Of a stretch of DNA of 64,000 nucleotides, positions 18,108 to 27,164 are shown in pieces. Position 1 is the stretch's first letter; every line of letters starts with the position of its first letter. This DNA comes from Actinomycetota bacterium (GTDB taxonomy: Bacteria; Actinomycetota; Nitriliruptoria; Nitriliruptorales; Nitriliruptoraceae), in the NCBI GenBank assembly GCA_041163265.1, contig JBEARL010000001.1, positions 7,750 through 71,749 of the forward strand, given 5' to 3'. The notes beneath the pieces were generated by a model. That model was given only the letters and a program-made list of their open reading frames with translations. It made no database searches and was not told the origin of the DNA. The position numbers were made by a program, and so were the translations under genes.

Positions 18108-19082
18108 ATGACCCGTCACGTCGTCGCGGTCCTCGGCACCCGGTACCCGGACCTGTCGATCGAGGAGGGCATCCTCGGGCCTCTGGACGTCGAGCTCGTC
18201 GCCGGTGACGGCGGTGACCCCGACGCCATCGCGGCCGTCGCGGGCGCGGCGGACGTCCTGCTGCTCGGGTCACGGCCCCGCATCACGGACGAGGTCCTCG
18301 GGCGACTGCGGTGCCGTGGGCTCGTGCGGTACGGCATCGGCGTCGACGCCATCGATCTGTCCGCCGCCCGGCGCCGCGGGGTCTGGGTCGCGAACGTCAC
18401 GACCTACGGCACCGAGGCGGTCTCGGTCCACGCGCTGGCCCTCGCGATGGCCGGCTTCCGCCGCATCGTTGCCTCGGACCGCTGGGTGAAGGACGGGAAC
18501 TGGGGCTTCGAGCACCTGCGGCCGCTGCACCTGCCGTCGGCCAGCACCGCCGGGGTCGTCGGGTACGGCCGCATCGGGCGGTACACCGCCGGTCTGCTCG
18601 CCGCCGTCGGGTTCCGGGTCCTGGTCCACGACCCCTATGTGACCGCGGCCGAGCCCGGCCACGAGCTCGTCACCGACCTCGGCGACCTCATCGCGCGCAG
18701 CGACGTCGTCAGCCTGCACGTACCGGGCAACCCGGACGGCAGCCCGCTCATCGGGGCGGATCTGCTGGCCCGGTCCCGCCCGGGCAGCGTCCTCGTCAAC
18801 ACGGCCCGAGGCTCGCTCATCGACACCGAGGCGCTCGTCGCGGCGCTCGCGACCGGCGCTCCGGCCGTCGCCGCGCTGGACGTCTTCCCCCGCGAACCGG
18901 TCGACCCCGCCCTGTTCGCGGCCGTCGCGGAACGTGTCATCATGACCCCGCACACGTCGTGGTACTCGGAGGAGTCCGAGCGCGACATGCGCGTCAAGGC
19001 CTCGGAGGCCGCTGCGGCGCTGCTGCGCGGCGAGCGTCCCGCCGAGGTCGTCGTCGACCCGGACGCCCCCGTGGGGGCCTGA
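18108..19082 (+). CDS. D-isomer-specific 2-hydroxyacid dehydrogenase
   Basis: NAD motif GVVGYGRIGR and catalytic His context MTPHTSW. 324 aa. A promoter-like TTGACT-16-TAGGAT lies about 40 nt upstream. Confidence 0.9.
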   Translation: MTRHVVAVLGTRYPDLSIEEGILGPLDVELVAGDGGDPDAIAAVAGAADVLLLGSRPRITDEVLGRLRCRGLVRYGIGVDAIDLSAARRRGVWVANVTTYGTEAVSVHALALAMAGFRRIVASDRWVKDGNWGFEHLRPLHLPSASTAGVVGYGRIGRYTAGLLAAVGFRVLVHDPYVTAAEPGHELVTDLGDLIARSDVVSLHVPGNPDGSPLIGADLLARSRPGSVLVNTARGSLIDTEALVAALATGAPAVAALDVFPREPVDPALFAAVAERVIMTPHTSWYSEESERDMRVKASEAAAALLRGERPAEVVVDPDAPVGA

Positions 19083-19099
19083 CCGCGGCCCCGGCCGCC

Positions 19100-19897
19100 G
19101 TGACCGAGGAGCGCACCGTGAGCCTCCGCTCGATCGAGGACCTGCCCAGCCCCGACGTCGGGGCGGCCATCGCCGACAACCCGGTCGCCGTCGTCCCCAT
19201 CGGCAGCATCGAGCAGCACGGGCCGCACCTGCCGTGCGGGACCGACACGTTCGCCGCCGAGCTGGTCGCGAAGGCGATCGCCGCCCGCATCGACGGGCTG
19301 TACGTGCCCTTCGGCCCGTACGGCGTCACGCCGATCCATGCCGGCCACCCCGGCACGATCAACCTTCGCCGCAGCACGTTCGAGGCGCTCCTGACCGACA
19401 TCTGCCTCGAGCTCGAGGCGATGGGTGTGCGCACGGTGCTGCTCGTCAACTGGCACGAGGGCAACATCGCGTCGATGAACGCGGTCGCGACCGAGCTGCA
19501 GGACTCCCACGACCTCAACTTCGTCGCGGTCCAGTCCTGCTACACGGCGCAGCGCATCTACGAGCCGCAGGGCGGCGAGCTGACCCACGGTGGTGGCATC
19601 GAGACCCTCGCGATGCTCGCCTACGACCCGACGCTGGTCCGCATGGACCGCGTCACGGAGCCGACCCGACCCGACGACGCCATCGACATGGACCTCATGC
19701 GGCGCTCGAGCGAGGTCTACGGCTTCATCACCGACGTCACCCAGCTGGCCGATGACGGCTGGTTCGGGAACCCGCCCTGGGCGGACGCCGACCGCGCGGC
19801 GAGGTTCGCCGACGAGGTCGCCGTCGCCTGCCTCGAGCGGGTCGACTGGATCCTCGACCTCCAGGCCCGGCGCCGCCGGTCCACCGGGGGCGAGTGA
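19100..19897 (+). CDS. creatininase-family amidohydrolase
   Basis: Lies in ORF 18311..19897 (start GTG 19100 or 19118). Hallmark motif PIGSIEQHGPHLPCGTD. About 265 aa. Confidence 0.85.
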   Translation: MTEERTVSLRSIEDLPSPDVGAAIADNPVAVVPIGSIEQHGPHLPCGTDTFAAELVAKAIAARIDGLYVPFGPYGVTPIHAGHPGTINLRRSTFEALLTDICLELEAMGVRTVLLVNWHEGNIASMNAVATELQDSHDLNFVAVQSCYTAQRIYEPQGGELTHGGGIETLAMLAYDPTLVRMDRVTEPTRPDDAIDMDLMRRSSEVYGFITDVTQLADDGWFGNPPWADADRAARFADEVAVACLERVDWILDLQARRRRSTGGE

Positions 19898-19972
19898 CCG
19901 CCCGCAGGACCTCCGGCACCATGGACCGCCCGGCGCGCCCCGCCGCCGGGCCGACAGGAAAGGGAACAGGAC

Positions 19973-21028
19973 ATGTCGGACCCCATCAGGCTGGCCTTCA
20001 TCGGGCTCGGACGCTGGGCCCACGTGCTCGCGCGTGCGGTCCGCCGCGGTGACGAGATCGACATCGTCAACTGCTTCAGCCGCTCCGAGGAGAAGCGCAG
20101 CGAGTTCCAGTCGACCTTCCGGGTCGGCCGCTCGTCGGCGACGCTCGAGGAGCTGCTGGCGGACGACCAGGTCGAGGGCGTCATCGTCACGACTCCGAAC
20201 GACACGCACCGCGACGTCATCACGACCTGCCTGAAGGCCGGAAAGCCGGTCTACACCGAGAAGCCGATCTCGACGACGCTCGACGACGCCGTCGCGATCC
20301 GCGAGGTGGTCCGCGGCACCGGCCTGACCTTCGCCGTCGGCCACAGCGCGCGGCGCCTCTCGGGTTCGCGCGTAATGAAGCAGTGGATCGAGGACGGCAG
20401 CCTCGGCGGCCTCTCGATGGTCGAGACGAACTTCTCGAACGAGCGTGGCCTCGAGCTGACCCCGGACACCTGGCGCTGGTACAACGACAAGGCGCCGGGT
20501 GGTCCGTTCACGCAGCTCGGCGTCCACCACACCGACAACATGCAGTACCTGGCCGGTCCGATCCGAGCCGTCACCGCGCACACCCGGAAGGTCTTCACGA
20601 AGGCCGAGGTCCCGGACACGGTGATGGCCATCATGGACTTCGAGTCTGGCGCCCTCGGCTACATGGGGACGGGCTGGGCATCTCCGGGCGTCTACACCAT
20701 CAACCTGCAGGGCACGAAGGCGAACCTGCGGTACGACCTCGACTTCACCCACTGGGACGAGTCGCACGAGGCCGACGACTACAGCTCGCTCGTGTCCCAG
20801 GAGATGGGGCAGGTCTCGCGCAGCCCCGTCGACCTGCCCCGGACCGACATGTTCCTCGAGCAGCTGGTCGAGTTCGGACAGGCCGCCCGCGGTCAGGCGC
20901 AGGTCGAGGTCGGCGTCGACGAGGCGGTCAGCGCGCTGGCGGCGGTCCACGCCGGCATCCTCTCGGCCCAGCGCGGTGGCGCGATGGTCGAGGTGGCCGA
21001 GGTCATCGACGCGGCCGCCAAGGGCTGA
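19973..21028 (+). CDS. Gfo/Idh/MocA-family NAD(P)-dependent oxidoreductase
   Basis: N-terminal Rossmann fold RLAFIGLGRWA, the EKP motif (VYTEKP) and a C-terminal alpha/beta domain. 351 aa. Confidence 0.9.
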   Translation: MSDPIRLAFIGLGRWAHVLARAVRRGDEIDIVNCFSRSEEKRSEFQSTFRVGRSSATLEELLADDQVEGVIVTTPNDTHRDVITTCLKAGKPVYTEKPISTTLDDAVAIREVVRGTGLTFAVGHSARRLSGSRVMKQWIEDGSLGGLSMVETNFSNERGLELTPDTWRWYNDKAPGGPFTQLGVHHTDNMQYLAGPIRAVTAHTRKVFTKAEVPDTVMAIMDFESGALGYMGTGWASPGVYTINLQGTKANLRYDLDFTHWDESHEADDYSSLVSQEMGQVSRSPVDLPRTDMFLEQLVEFGQAARGQAQVEVGVDEAVSALAAVHAGILSAQRGGAMVEVAEVIDAAAKG

Positions 21029-21044
21029 CACGCTCGCATCCGAC

Positions 21045-21082
21045 CGAGGGGCCGGCGCCGGGGGACCGGTGCCGGCCCCTCG
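21045..21082 (+). terminator. GC-rich hairpin after the Gfo/Idh/MocA gene
   Basis: 17-bp stem with one G-U pair (CGAGGGGCCGGCGCCGG / CCGGTGCCGGCCCCTCG) and a GGGA loop. No U-tract. Confidence 0.6.
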
Positions 21083-21184
21083 CCGTCCCGGTCGACGACC
21101 GCCGTGGCCGCCCCGACCCGGACCTCGAGCCGCCGGCCGCGGACCCGTTCCACCACCACCCGACGCATGCGCACCCCCCTCGGC

Positions 21185-21198
21185 ACCAAGCGTTTGCA
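21185..21198. promoter_or_regulatory. LacI-type operator candidate O4 (ACCAAGCGTTTGCA)
   Basis: Distal site in the 379-bp gap upstream of the ABC operon, 78 bp centre-to-centre from O5. Confidence 0.45.
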
Positions 21199-21262
21199 CC
21201 GCAGCACCCGACCCCGCCCGGGCCCGGGGCCGTCATCCCCCCGCGGGGTGGATTCCTCTCGC

Positions 21263-21276
21263 CCCAATCGTTTGCA
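21263..21276. promoter_or_regulatory. LacI-type operator candidate O5 (CCCAATCGTTTGCA)
   Basis: Its right half-site doubles as the -35-like TTTGCA of the ABC-operon promoter. Confidence 0.55.
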
Positions 21277-21300
21277 CGCACGCCTCCGGTGCGCTAGCGT
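21271..21300 (+). promoter_or_regulatory. promoter candidate for the ABC transporter operon
   Basis: TTTGCA, an 18-nt spacer, then TAGCGT. The leader is about 100 nt. Confidence 0.35.
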
Positions 21301-21407
21301 CCCACTACCTCGCTGGGAGGCGGGTCGGGGCCGGGGGCTGTCCCGAACCACCCCGAGCGCTTCGGAAGGACCGGGGTCGGACGATCCCGGGGGAGACGGG
21401 AGCTGAC

Positions 21408-22220
21408 ATGGCAGAGGTTGGTCCGGGCACCATCGAGGCGCGCGACGTCGCGATCGCCTACCAGATGGCACGCGGCCAGAAGCCGCTCGTCGCGCTCCGA
21501 GGCATGGACGTCACCGTCCGCGACGGGGAGTTCCTCGTCGTCGTCGGCCCGAGCGGCTGCGGCAAGAGCACCTTCCTGAACGTCGTCGGCGGCCTCTTCC
21601 AGCCGAGCGCCGGCGAACTGCTCGTCGGTGGGAAGCCAGTGACCGGCCCCGGCCCCGACCGTGCCATGGTCTTCCAGGACTATGCGCTCCTGCCGTGGCG
21701 CTCGGTCTACAACAACGTGAAGTTCGGGCTCGAGGTCCAGGGGCGACTCGACAAGGACAGCGACCAGCGCATCCGCCACTTCATCGAGCTGGTCGGGCTG
21801 AAGGGCTTCGAGGAGTCCTACCCGCGCGAGCTCTCGGGCGGCATGCGTCAGCGCGTCGGCCTGGCCCGGGCGCTGGTCACCGAGCCCCGAATCCTCCTGA
21901 TGGACGAGCCGTTCGCCGCCATCGACGCGATCACGCGCGAGACCATGCAGGACGAGCTGCTCCGCATCGTCGCCGAGACCAAGCAGACCTGCGTCTTCAT
22001 CACCCACAGCGTCGACGAGGCCATCGTCCTCGGGGACCGCATCGTCGTGCTGACCGACCGCCCGGGCAAGGTCCGTGGTGTGATCGAGGTCGACATCGAG
22101 CGGCCCCGGACGGTCAACACCCTGCGTCACCACCCACGCTACGCGGACATCCGCGACGAGCTGTGGCGGCTGCTCCGCAAGGGCGACGTGGGCGCCGCCC
22201 CGCAGGGGATCGGCGCATGA
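21408..22220 (+). CDS. ABC transporter ATP-binding protein (NitT/TauT family)
   Basis: ATG 21408 in ORF 20976..22220. Walker A GPSGCGKST, signature LSGGMRQR, Walker B LLMDEPF. 270 aa. Confidence 0.9.
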   Translation: MAEVGPGTIEARDVAIAYQMARGQKPLVALRGMDVTVRDGEFLVVVGPSGCGKSTFLNVVGGLFQPSAGELLVGGKPVTGPGPDRAMVFQDYALLPWRSVYNNVKFGLEVQGRLDKDSDQRIRHFIELVGLKGFEESYPRELSGGMRQRVGLARALVTEPRILLMDEPFAAIDAITRETMQDELLRIVAETKQTCVFITHSVDEAIVLGDRIVVLTDRPGKVRGVIEVDIERPRTVNTLRHHPRYADIRDELWRLLRKGDVGAAPQGIGA

Positions 22221-23065
22221 GCGCGGACACCGACACCACTCAGATCAGGCCGACCGACACCAGCGGGCGGCGGAAGCACGCCGCGTCGCAGTCGCGGTGG
22301 GCGGAGTTCCGGCGCAACAAGCTCGGTTCCTACGCGGCCCTCGTCGCTCTGCTGGTCACCTGGCAGACCTGGGTCACGGTCGGCGAGGTGAATCCGATCG
22401 TCATGCCGTCGCCGGTCGCAGTCGCCGGCGAGATGGTCCGCATGTACGAGCTCGGATTCCTGGTCCCGGCGTTCATCCAGAGCTTCAGCGCCTACTTCGC
22501 AGGGATCGCGCTCGCCATCTCCGTGGGCATGGCGATCAGCATCGGGATCGGGCTGTCGAAGCTCGCCCAGGTGATCACCCAGCCGTACCTGTGGGCCCTC
22601 TTCGCGATGCCCCGGGTCGCGCTCATCCCGCTGCTGATGCTCTGGTTCGGCCTGAACCGGCAGATGGTGGTGATGACCGTGTTCCTCTCGGCGGTCGTGC
22701 CGCTCGTCCTCCAGGTCATCGAGGGCATGAGGACAGCCGACGGAACGCTCGTCCGGATGTCGCAGGTCTTCTGCGCCGGGCGGATCGCGACCCTCTGGAA
22801 GGTCGTCCTGCCGGGGATCGTCCCCTTCGTCGCGAACGGGATGCGTCAGTCGCTCTCCCGCGGGTTCATCGGGCTCATCGTCGTCGAGCTCCTGACCGGA
22901 ACCGGAGGTCTCGGGACCGAGGCGACGCGTGCCGCGACCAACTTCAACACCGCTCGCACCATGGCGATGATCTTCATCATGCTGATCGTGGCGGTCCTGC
23001 TCGTCATCCTCTCGAAGGCGCTCGAGCGATCAGCATCTCGGTGGCGCGAGACCGTCGCCGTCTGA
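22217..23065 (+). CDS. ABC transporter permease 1
   Basis: ATGA overlap with the ATPase stop. Multi-pass membrane protein with a BPD-transporter-type EAA-like loop. 282 aa. Confidence 0.85.
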   Translation: MSADTDTTQIRPTDTSGRRKHAASQSRWAEFRRNKLGSYAALVALLVTWQTWVTVGEVNPIVMPSPVAVAGEMVRMYELGFLVPAFIQSFSAYFAGIALAISVGMAISIGIGLSKLAQVITQPYLWALFAMPRVALIPLLMLWFGLNRQMVVMTVFLSAVVPLVLQVIEGMRTADGTLVRMSQVFCAGRIATLWKVVLPGIVPFVANGMRQSLSRGFIGLIVVELLTGTGGLGTEATRAATNFNTARTMAMIFIMLIVAVLLVILSKALERSASRWRETVAV

Positions 23066-23096
23066 TGCCCGCACATCCGACACGGGAGCCATCGGA

Positions 23097-23951
23097 ATGA
23101 CACAACTGGACAGCACCAGCGCAGCGCTCGAGTCGGGCGAAGCCGATGAGCGTTCGGCGCCCGCCATCCGGCGTGTCGTGTCGACAGGTCGCCTCGAATA
23201 TCCCCGGGCGCAGCGGATCGCGATCGGAACGCTCAGCGTCCTCGGGTTCTTCACGGTCTGGTGGGCAGCGACGACGTTCACGGACGTCAACCCGATCTTC
23301 CTCCCGGAGCTCGGTTCCATCCGTGACGCCGTCGCGCTGAGCTACACCTCTGGCGAGCTCATTCCCAATCTCCAGTCCTCGGTGACGCTCTTCGTCGCCT
23401 GCATGGCAGGGTCGCTGGCCATCGCGGTCCCTCTCGGCATCCTCGTCGGCGCGATCGAGCCCATCAACCGGACCTTCGGCACCTGGTTCTGGACGATCTA
23501 CACCTCGCCGCGCATCGTCTTCATCCCGCTGATCCTCATCTGGTTCGGGTACACGACGACCGCCAAGGTCGCGATCATCGTGCTCAGCGCCGTCCCGCCG
23601 GCGACGGTCATGATCATGGAGGGGGTGAAGACGGTCGAGGGCTCGATGCTCCGTGCCGCCCGCTCCTTCGGCGCCAGCCGGTTCGACCAGCTGCGCAAGA
23701 TCATCCTGCCCGGGACACTGCCGTACGTCGGGACCGGTATCCGTATGGGCGTCGCCCGAGGCCTCGTCGGCCTGTTCGGCGCCGAACTCTTCACGAGTCG
23801 GGACGGCCTCGGTTTCCTCCTCGTCGATGCGCAGACCAGGTACAACGTCCCCATGGTCTTCGGCGTCCTGACGATGTACCTCATCATGTGCATGGTCATG
23901 GTCTCCGCGAGCGCTGCGGCCGAGAAGCGCCTGAGCCGGTGGAGGGATTGA
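23097..23951 (+). CDS. ABC transporter permease 2
   Basis: Second, distinct permease paralog. 284 aa, multi-pass, and collinear with permease 1. Confidence 0.85.
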   Translation: MTQLDSTSAALESGEADERSAPAIRRVVSTGRLEYPRAQRIAIGTLSVLGFFTVWWAATTFTDVNPIFLPELGSIRDAVALSYTSGELIPNLQSSVTLFVACMAGSLAIAVPLGILVGAIEPINRTFGTWFWTIYTSPRIVFIPLILIWFGYTTTAKVAIIVLSAVPPATVMIMEGVKTVEGSMLRAARSFGASRFDQLRKIILPGTLPYVGTGIRMGVARGLVGLFGAELFTSRDGLGFLLVDAQTRYNVPMVFGVLTMYLIMCMVMVSASAAAEKRLSRWRD

Positions 23952-24078
23952 GTTCGACTTCCTGGGGGAGTTCGCTCGTCCAGGGTGGGTGGAAGGACAG
24001 TCGTCCGCGGCGGATCACCGCCGCGGCGCTAGGAGAACCGAGACCGTGCCGGTGACGGCACGGGAAAGGGAGAGCAAT

Positions 24079-25215
24079 ATGAAGAGGAAGATGCGGTTCG
24101 CGGCCGTCGGCCTCGCCACCGCTCTGCTCCTCGCCGCCTGTGGCGGTGCGGAGGAGGCGGCGGACGAGCCGGCGCCGGCACCTGCACCCGCGGAATCGGG
24201 GGACTCCGGCGCCGCGGAGGAGCCGGTCGAGCTCAGCCTCGACACCCTGGCCTTCACGTTCGAGGCCGAGCGGACGACCCAGCTGATGAACCTCATGGCC
24301 GCGAAGGAGCGGACCTGGGACAACATCTTCGACGAGGTCGTCTGGTCCGTGACGGAGGACCCGATCCCGCTGCTCGTCAGCGACGAGCGGTGGCTCGTCA
24401 ACGGTGAGGCGCTCGCCCTCTGGCCGGCGATGGAACAGGGCATCGTCGACGCTGTCATCGTCGGCGTGTTCAACGACGTCGACTCGTGGTTCATGCTCAC
24501 AGCCCCTGGGATCGAGAAGCCCGAGGACCTGATCGGGAAGACGATCAGTGGCGGGAAGGTCGGGGACTCGTGGTGGGCGGTCGCTGAGATCATCTTCAAC
24601 GAGGAGTTCGGGATCCCGTTCTCCGACGTCGAGCAGATCACCATGGGTGGGGGTTCGGACGCCCGCATGGAGGCCCTGCTCGCTGGGCAGCTCGACGCGT
24701 TCATGGGTCAGCCCAGGCACGTGCCGCCGGTCCTCGAGGCTGGAGGCTCCTGCCTCTGGTGCGAGTACAAGAACCTCGCCCAGGGTCTCTTCATCGTGAA
24801 GCGTGAGACCATGGAGAACCACCGTGACGCCGTCTGCGCGGCGCTCGGCGGGCTCTTCGAGGCGAACCAGTGGTTCCAGTCGGACGGTCCGGTCGGTCAG
24901 AGCGACTGGCGCAACGTCCAGCCGGAGGTCGAGGAGTACCTCGTCGCGAACGGCTACGACCCGTCCGAGGGTGGCCTTGACGTCAACCGCACCTGGGAGA
25001 CGTCGCAGGGCACCGAGTTCAACTGGGCGATGGATCTCGGCGCGAGCGTCGAGGCCTTCGACGACGTCCAGCGCATCGCCCAGCGTGAGGGCGGTGAGGT
25101 CTCCAGCGACTTCGACTGGAGGGACTACACCGACATGAGCTGCGTCTGGGACCTGCAGGAGGCCGCTGGTCTCCCGCTGAACCCGGACCCGGCGGAGATG
25201 GGCGTCACCCGCTGA
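24079..25215 (+). CDS. ABC substrate-binding lipoprotein (NMT1/SsuA-like)
   Basis: ATG 24079 (MKRKMRFAAVGLATALLLAACGG) has a lipobox. An acidic Ala/Pro/Glu linker follows. 378 aa. Last gene of the transporter operon, followed by a hairpin. Confidence 0.8.
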   Translation: MKRKMRFAAVGLATALLLAACGGAEEAADEPAPAPAPAESGDSGAAEEPVELSLDTLAFTFEAERTTQLMNLMAAKERTWDNIFDEVVWSVTEDPIPLLVSDERWLVNGEALALWPAMEQGIVDAVIVGVFNDVDSWFMLTAPGIEKPEDLIGKTISGGKVGDSWWAVAEIIFNEEFGIPFSDVEQITMGGGSDARMEALLAGQLDAFMGQPRHVPPVLEAGGSCLWCEYKNLAQGLFIVKRETMENHRDAVCAALGGLFEANQWFQSDGPVGQSDWRNVQPEVEEYLVANGYDPSEGGLDVNRTWETSQGTEFNWAMDLGASVEAFDDVQRIAQREGGEVSSDFDWRDYTDMSCVWDLQEAAGLPLNPDPAEMGVTR

Positions 25216-25224
25216 CCGACGGGT

Positions 25225-25256
25225 GGGGTCGGTGGTCCTGACGGGCCACCGACCCC
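25225..25256. terminator. hairpin between convergent SBP and CrtI-like genes
   Basis: 11-bp perfect stem GGGGTCGGTGG / CCACCGACCCC with a 10-nt loop. Confidence 0.55.
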
Positions 25257-25364
25257 CTCGGTCCCGGGGGCCGGGGGAGCGCAGCCGGAGACGGCGGCGC
25301 ATCCCCGGCCCCTCGGCATGTCCGGGGCGGGACGCTCGCCAGCGGACCGTCACCGCGGGCCCTG

Positions 25365-26939
25365 TCAGCGGGCGACGACGTCGTCCAGCTCGCGCCCCAG
25401 GTCGCGGAGCACGACCATCGCGGCGTTGCGGCCCGGGAGCCCGGTGACGGACCCGCCGGGGTGGGTCGTGCCGCCGGTCTGGTAGAGCCCCACGAACGGC
25501 AGCCGGTGCTGGGCCCACCCGGGCGCGGGGCGGAGCGCCCCGCTGAACGGCAGACCGCGATCGCCGCCGTGGGCGGTGCCGTCGATCATGTGGGGGTTCC
25601 AGCGCGCAAGATCGGAGGGCGACAGCGCGACCCGACCGAGGATCGCCTCGTCCTTCAGGTTCGGGACGTGCTCCCGCACCGCCGCCAGCACCCGATCGGC
25701 GAACGCCTCGCGCCCCTCGTCCCAGCTGACACCCGGTTCGGGTCCTCGGGCCGGGGCGGCGAGGACGAACTTGGTCGTGTGCTGGCCGGCCGGCGCTCGG
25801 GACGGGTCGACGAGAGAGGGTGTCCCGATCAGGATGGACGGCAGGGTCGAGGGCCGGCGGCCGTCCCGGACCGCTCGGACGGCGTCGAGCATCGCCTCGG
25901 GCGTCCCTGCGATGCCGCTCGCGACGGCGGGGACCTCGTCCTCGGCGCCGCGCAGCAGCGGAGGTCGGTCGGTCGCGAGGTGCAGGACGAAGATCGAGAG
26001 GCCGACGTCCAGCGTCTCGACGCCGTAGACGAAGTCCTCGGGCCACGTGGACCGAGGAGCCATGTCCAGCAGGTGCTTGACGTGGATGGTCGAGACCACG
26101 GCCCGACGGGCGTGGTAGCGCCCGCCGTCCGCCGTCTCGACGCCGGTGCAGCGGTCACCGTCGACGAGGAGGCGCACCACGCGGGCCCCGCAGCGGACGG
26201 TGCCGCCGTGGTCCTCGATCGCCCGGACGAGAGCCCGGGGCAGCGCGGCCGAGCCGCCGATGGGGATCGGCCAGCTGCGCACCTGCCGTCCGGCTGGGGC
26301 TGCGACCGCCTGCAGGCCCGAGCCGGGCAGGTCGATCGACGTCAGCGACTGCGCCACGGCCCAGAGCACGTAGGCGCGGACGCGCGGATCGCGGTACTCG
26401 TGGTGGACGACGTCCCAGGCGCTCAGCGCGCGCCGCCGCCGCCAGACGTTCCCGCCCGGCTCGGCGGCCAGCGCCTCGTCGAGCGGCGTGCCCCAGCCGA
26501 CCGGGCTCGCCTGGGCCGCTCCGAAGATGCGCTTCACGCGGTCCCAGTCCCCGAGCATGCGGCGATAGGTGGCCGCGTCCTGCCGGTCGAGCCGGGCCAG
26601 CTCGGCGACCGTCCGGTCCACGTCCAGCCAGGTCGTGACGACCTCCCCGTCGGGCAGGACGAGTCGGTTGGCCGGGTCGGGCAGGACGTACTCCAGGCCG
26701 TAGCGGGACCGCAGCTCCAGCTCGTCGTCGCGCAGGAGGGGGTTCGCGAGGATCCCGTTATGGCCGGTCGAGGCCGTGTCGATCCGGAACCCTGGGATCA
26801 GCTCCTCGGTGGCCGTGCCGCCACCGGGCTCGTCCCGGGCCTCGAGCACCAGCACCTCGAGGCCGGCCCGGGCCAGGTAGGCGGCCGCCACGAGGGCGTT
26901 ATGGCCGGCACCGGCCACGATGACGTCGGCGGTGGTCAC
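25365..26939 (-). CDS. FAD-dependent oxidoreductase, CrtI/amine-oxidase-like, paralog 2
   Basis: GTG at comp(26937..26939) behind a GGAGGA RBS. Motifs VIVAGAGHNALVAAAYLARAG and GGTTHPGGSVTGLPGRNAA. 524 aa. The rest of the 920-aa ORF is antisense to the next gene. Confidence 0.85.
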   Translation of the reverse strand: MTTADVIVAGAGHNALVAAAYLARAGLEVLVLEARDEPGGGTATEELIPGFRIDTASTGHNGILANPLLRDDELELRSRYGLEYVLPDPANRLVLPDGEVVTTWLDVDRTVAELARLDRQDAATYRRMLGDWDRVKRIFGAAQASPVGWGTPLDEALAAEPGGNVWRRRRALSAWDVVHHEYRDPRVRAYVLWAVAQSLTSIDLPGSGLQAVAAPAGRQVRSWPIPIGGSAALPRALVRAIEDHGGTVRCGARVVRLLVDGDRCTGVETADGGRYHARRAVVSTIHVKHLLDMAPRSTWPEDFVYGVETLDVGLSIFVLHLATDRPPLLRGAEDEVPAVASGIAGTPEAMLDAVRAVRDGRRPSTLPSILIGTPSLVDPSRAPAGQHTTKFVLAAPARGPEPGVSWDEGREAFADRVLAAVREHVPNLKDEAILGRVALSPSDLARWNPHMIDGTAHGGDRGLPFSGALRPAPGWAQHRLPFVGLYQTGGTTHPGGSVTGLPGRNAAMVVLRDLGRELDDVVAR

Positions 26940-27027
26940 GTCGGATCCTCCGGGGCGTCCGTCGCGGGCGTCCGGCGCGGACGCCCGTGCACGGTAGCGG
27001 TCCGACCGCCGTCGACCTGGCCCGCCG

Positions 27028-27041
27028 TGCAACCGTTTGCT
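27028..27041. promoter_or_regulatory. LacI-type operator candidate O6 (TGCAACCGTTTGCT)
   Basis: Lies in the 225-bp divergent gap between CrtI-like paralog 2 and the AprA-like operon. Confidence 0.6.
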
Positions 27042-27057
27042 GCCGCGCAGCGCCACC

Positions 27058-27086
27058 TTGACGGCGTTCTGAGGCGTCGCTAGGGT
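27058..27086 (+). promoter_or_regulatory. promoter candidate for the AprA-like operon
   Basis: TTGACG (27058..27063), a 17-nt spacer, then TAGGGT (27081..27086). The leader is about 70 nt. Confidence 0.5.
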
Positions 27087-27091
27087 GCCGT

Positions 27092-27105
27092 CTGCAACAC
27101 GCTGC
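27092..27105. promoter_or_regulatory. weak operator-like element O7 (TGCAACACGCTGCA)
   Basis: Degenerate palindrome with an AC centre instead of CG, just downstream of the TAGGGT -10 of the AprA-like operon. Confidence 0.3.
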
Positions 27106-27164
27106 AAAGCCCGCCCCGCGACCACCAGGCCGGCGCCCGAGCGCCGACCCTGCAGGAGGCTCCG

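Noticed and set aside
14365-21199. Long minus-strand ORFs 14365..16935 (856 aa) and 18635..21199 (854 aa)
   Set aside because: They are antisense to well-supported plus-strand genes (TauE, CrtI-like, 2-HADH, creatininase, Gfo/Idh/MocA). Their composition is dominated by R, G, D, P and A with no domains.
21104-21406. 100-aa ORF filling the 379-bp gap upstream of the ABC operon
   Set aside because: It is Arg/Pro/Ser/Thr-rich, has no RBS, and spans two operator sites and a promoter-like element. The region is better explained as regulatory DNA.
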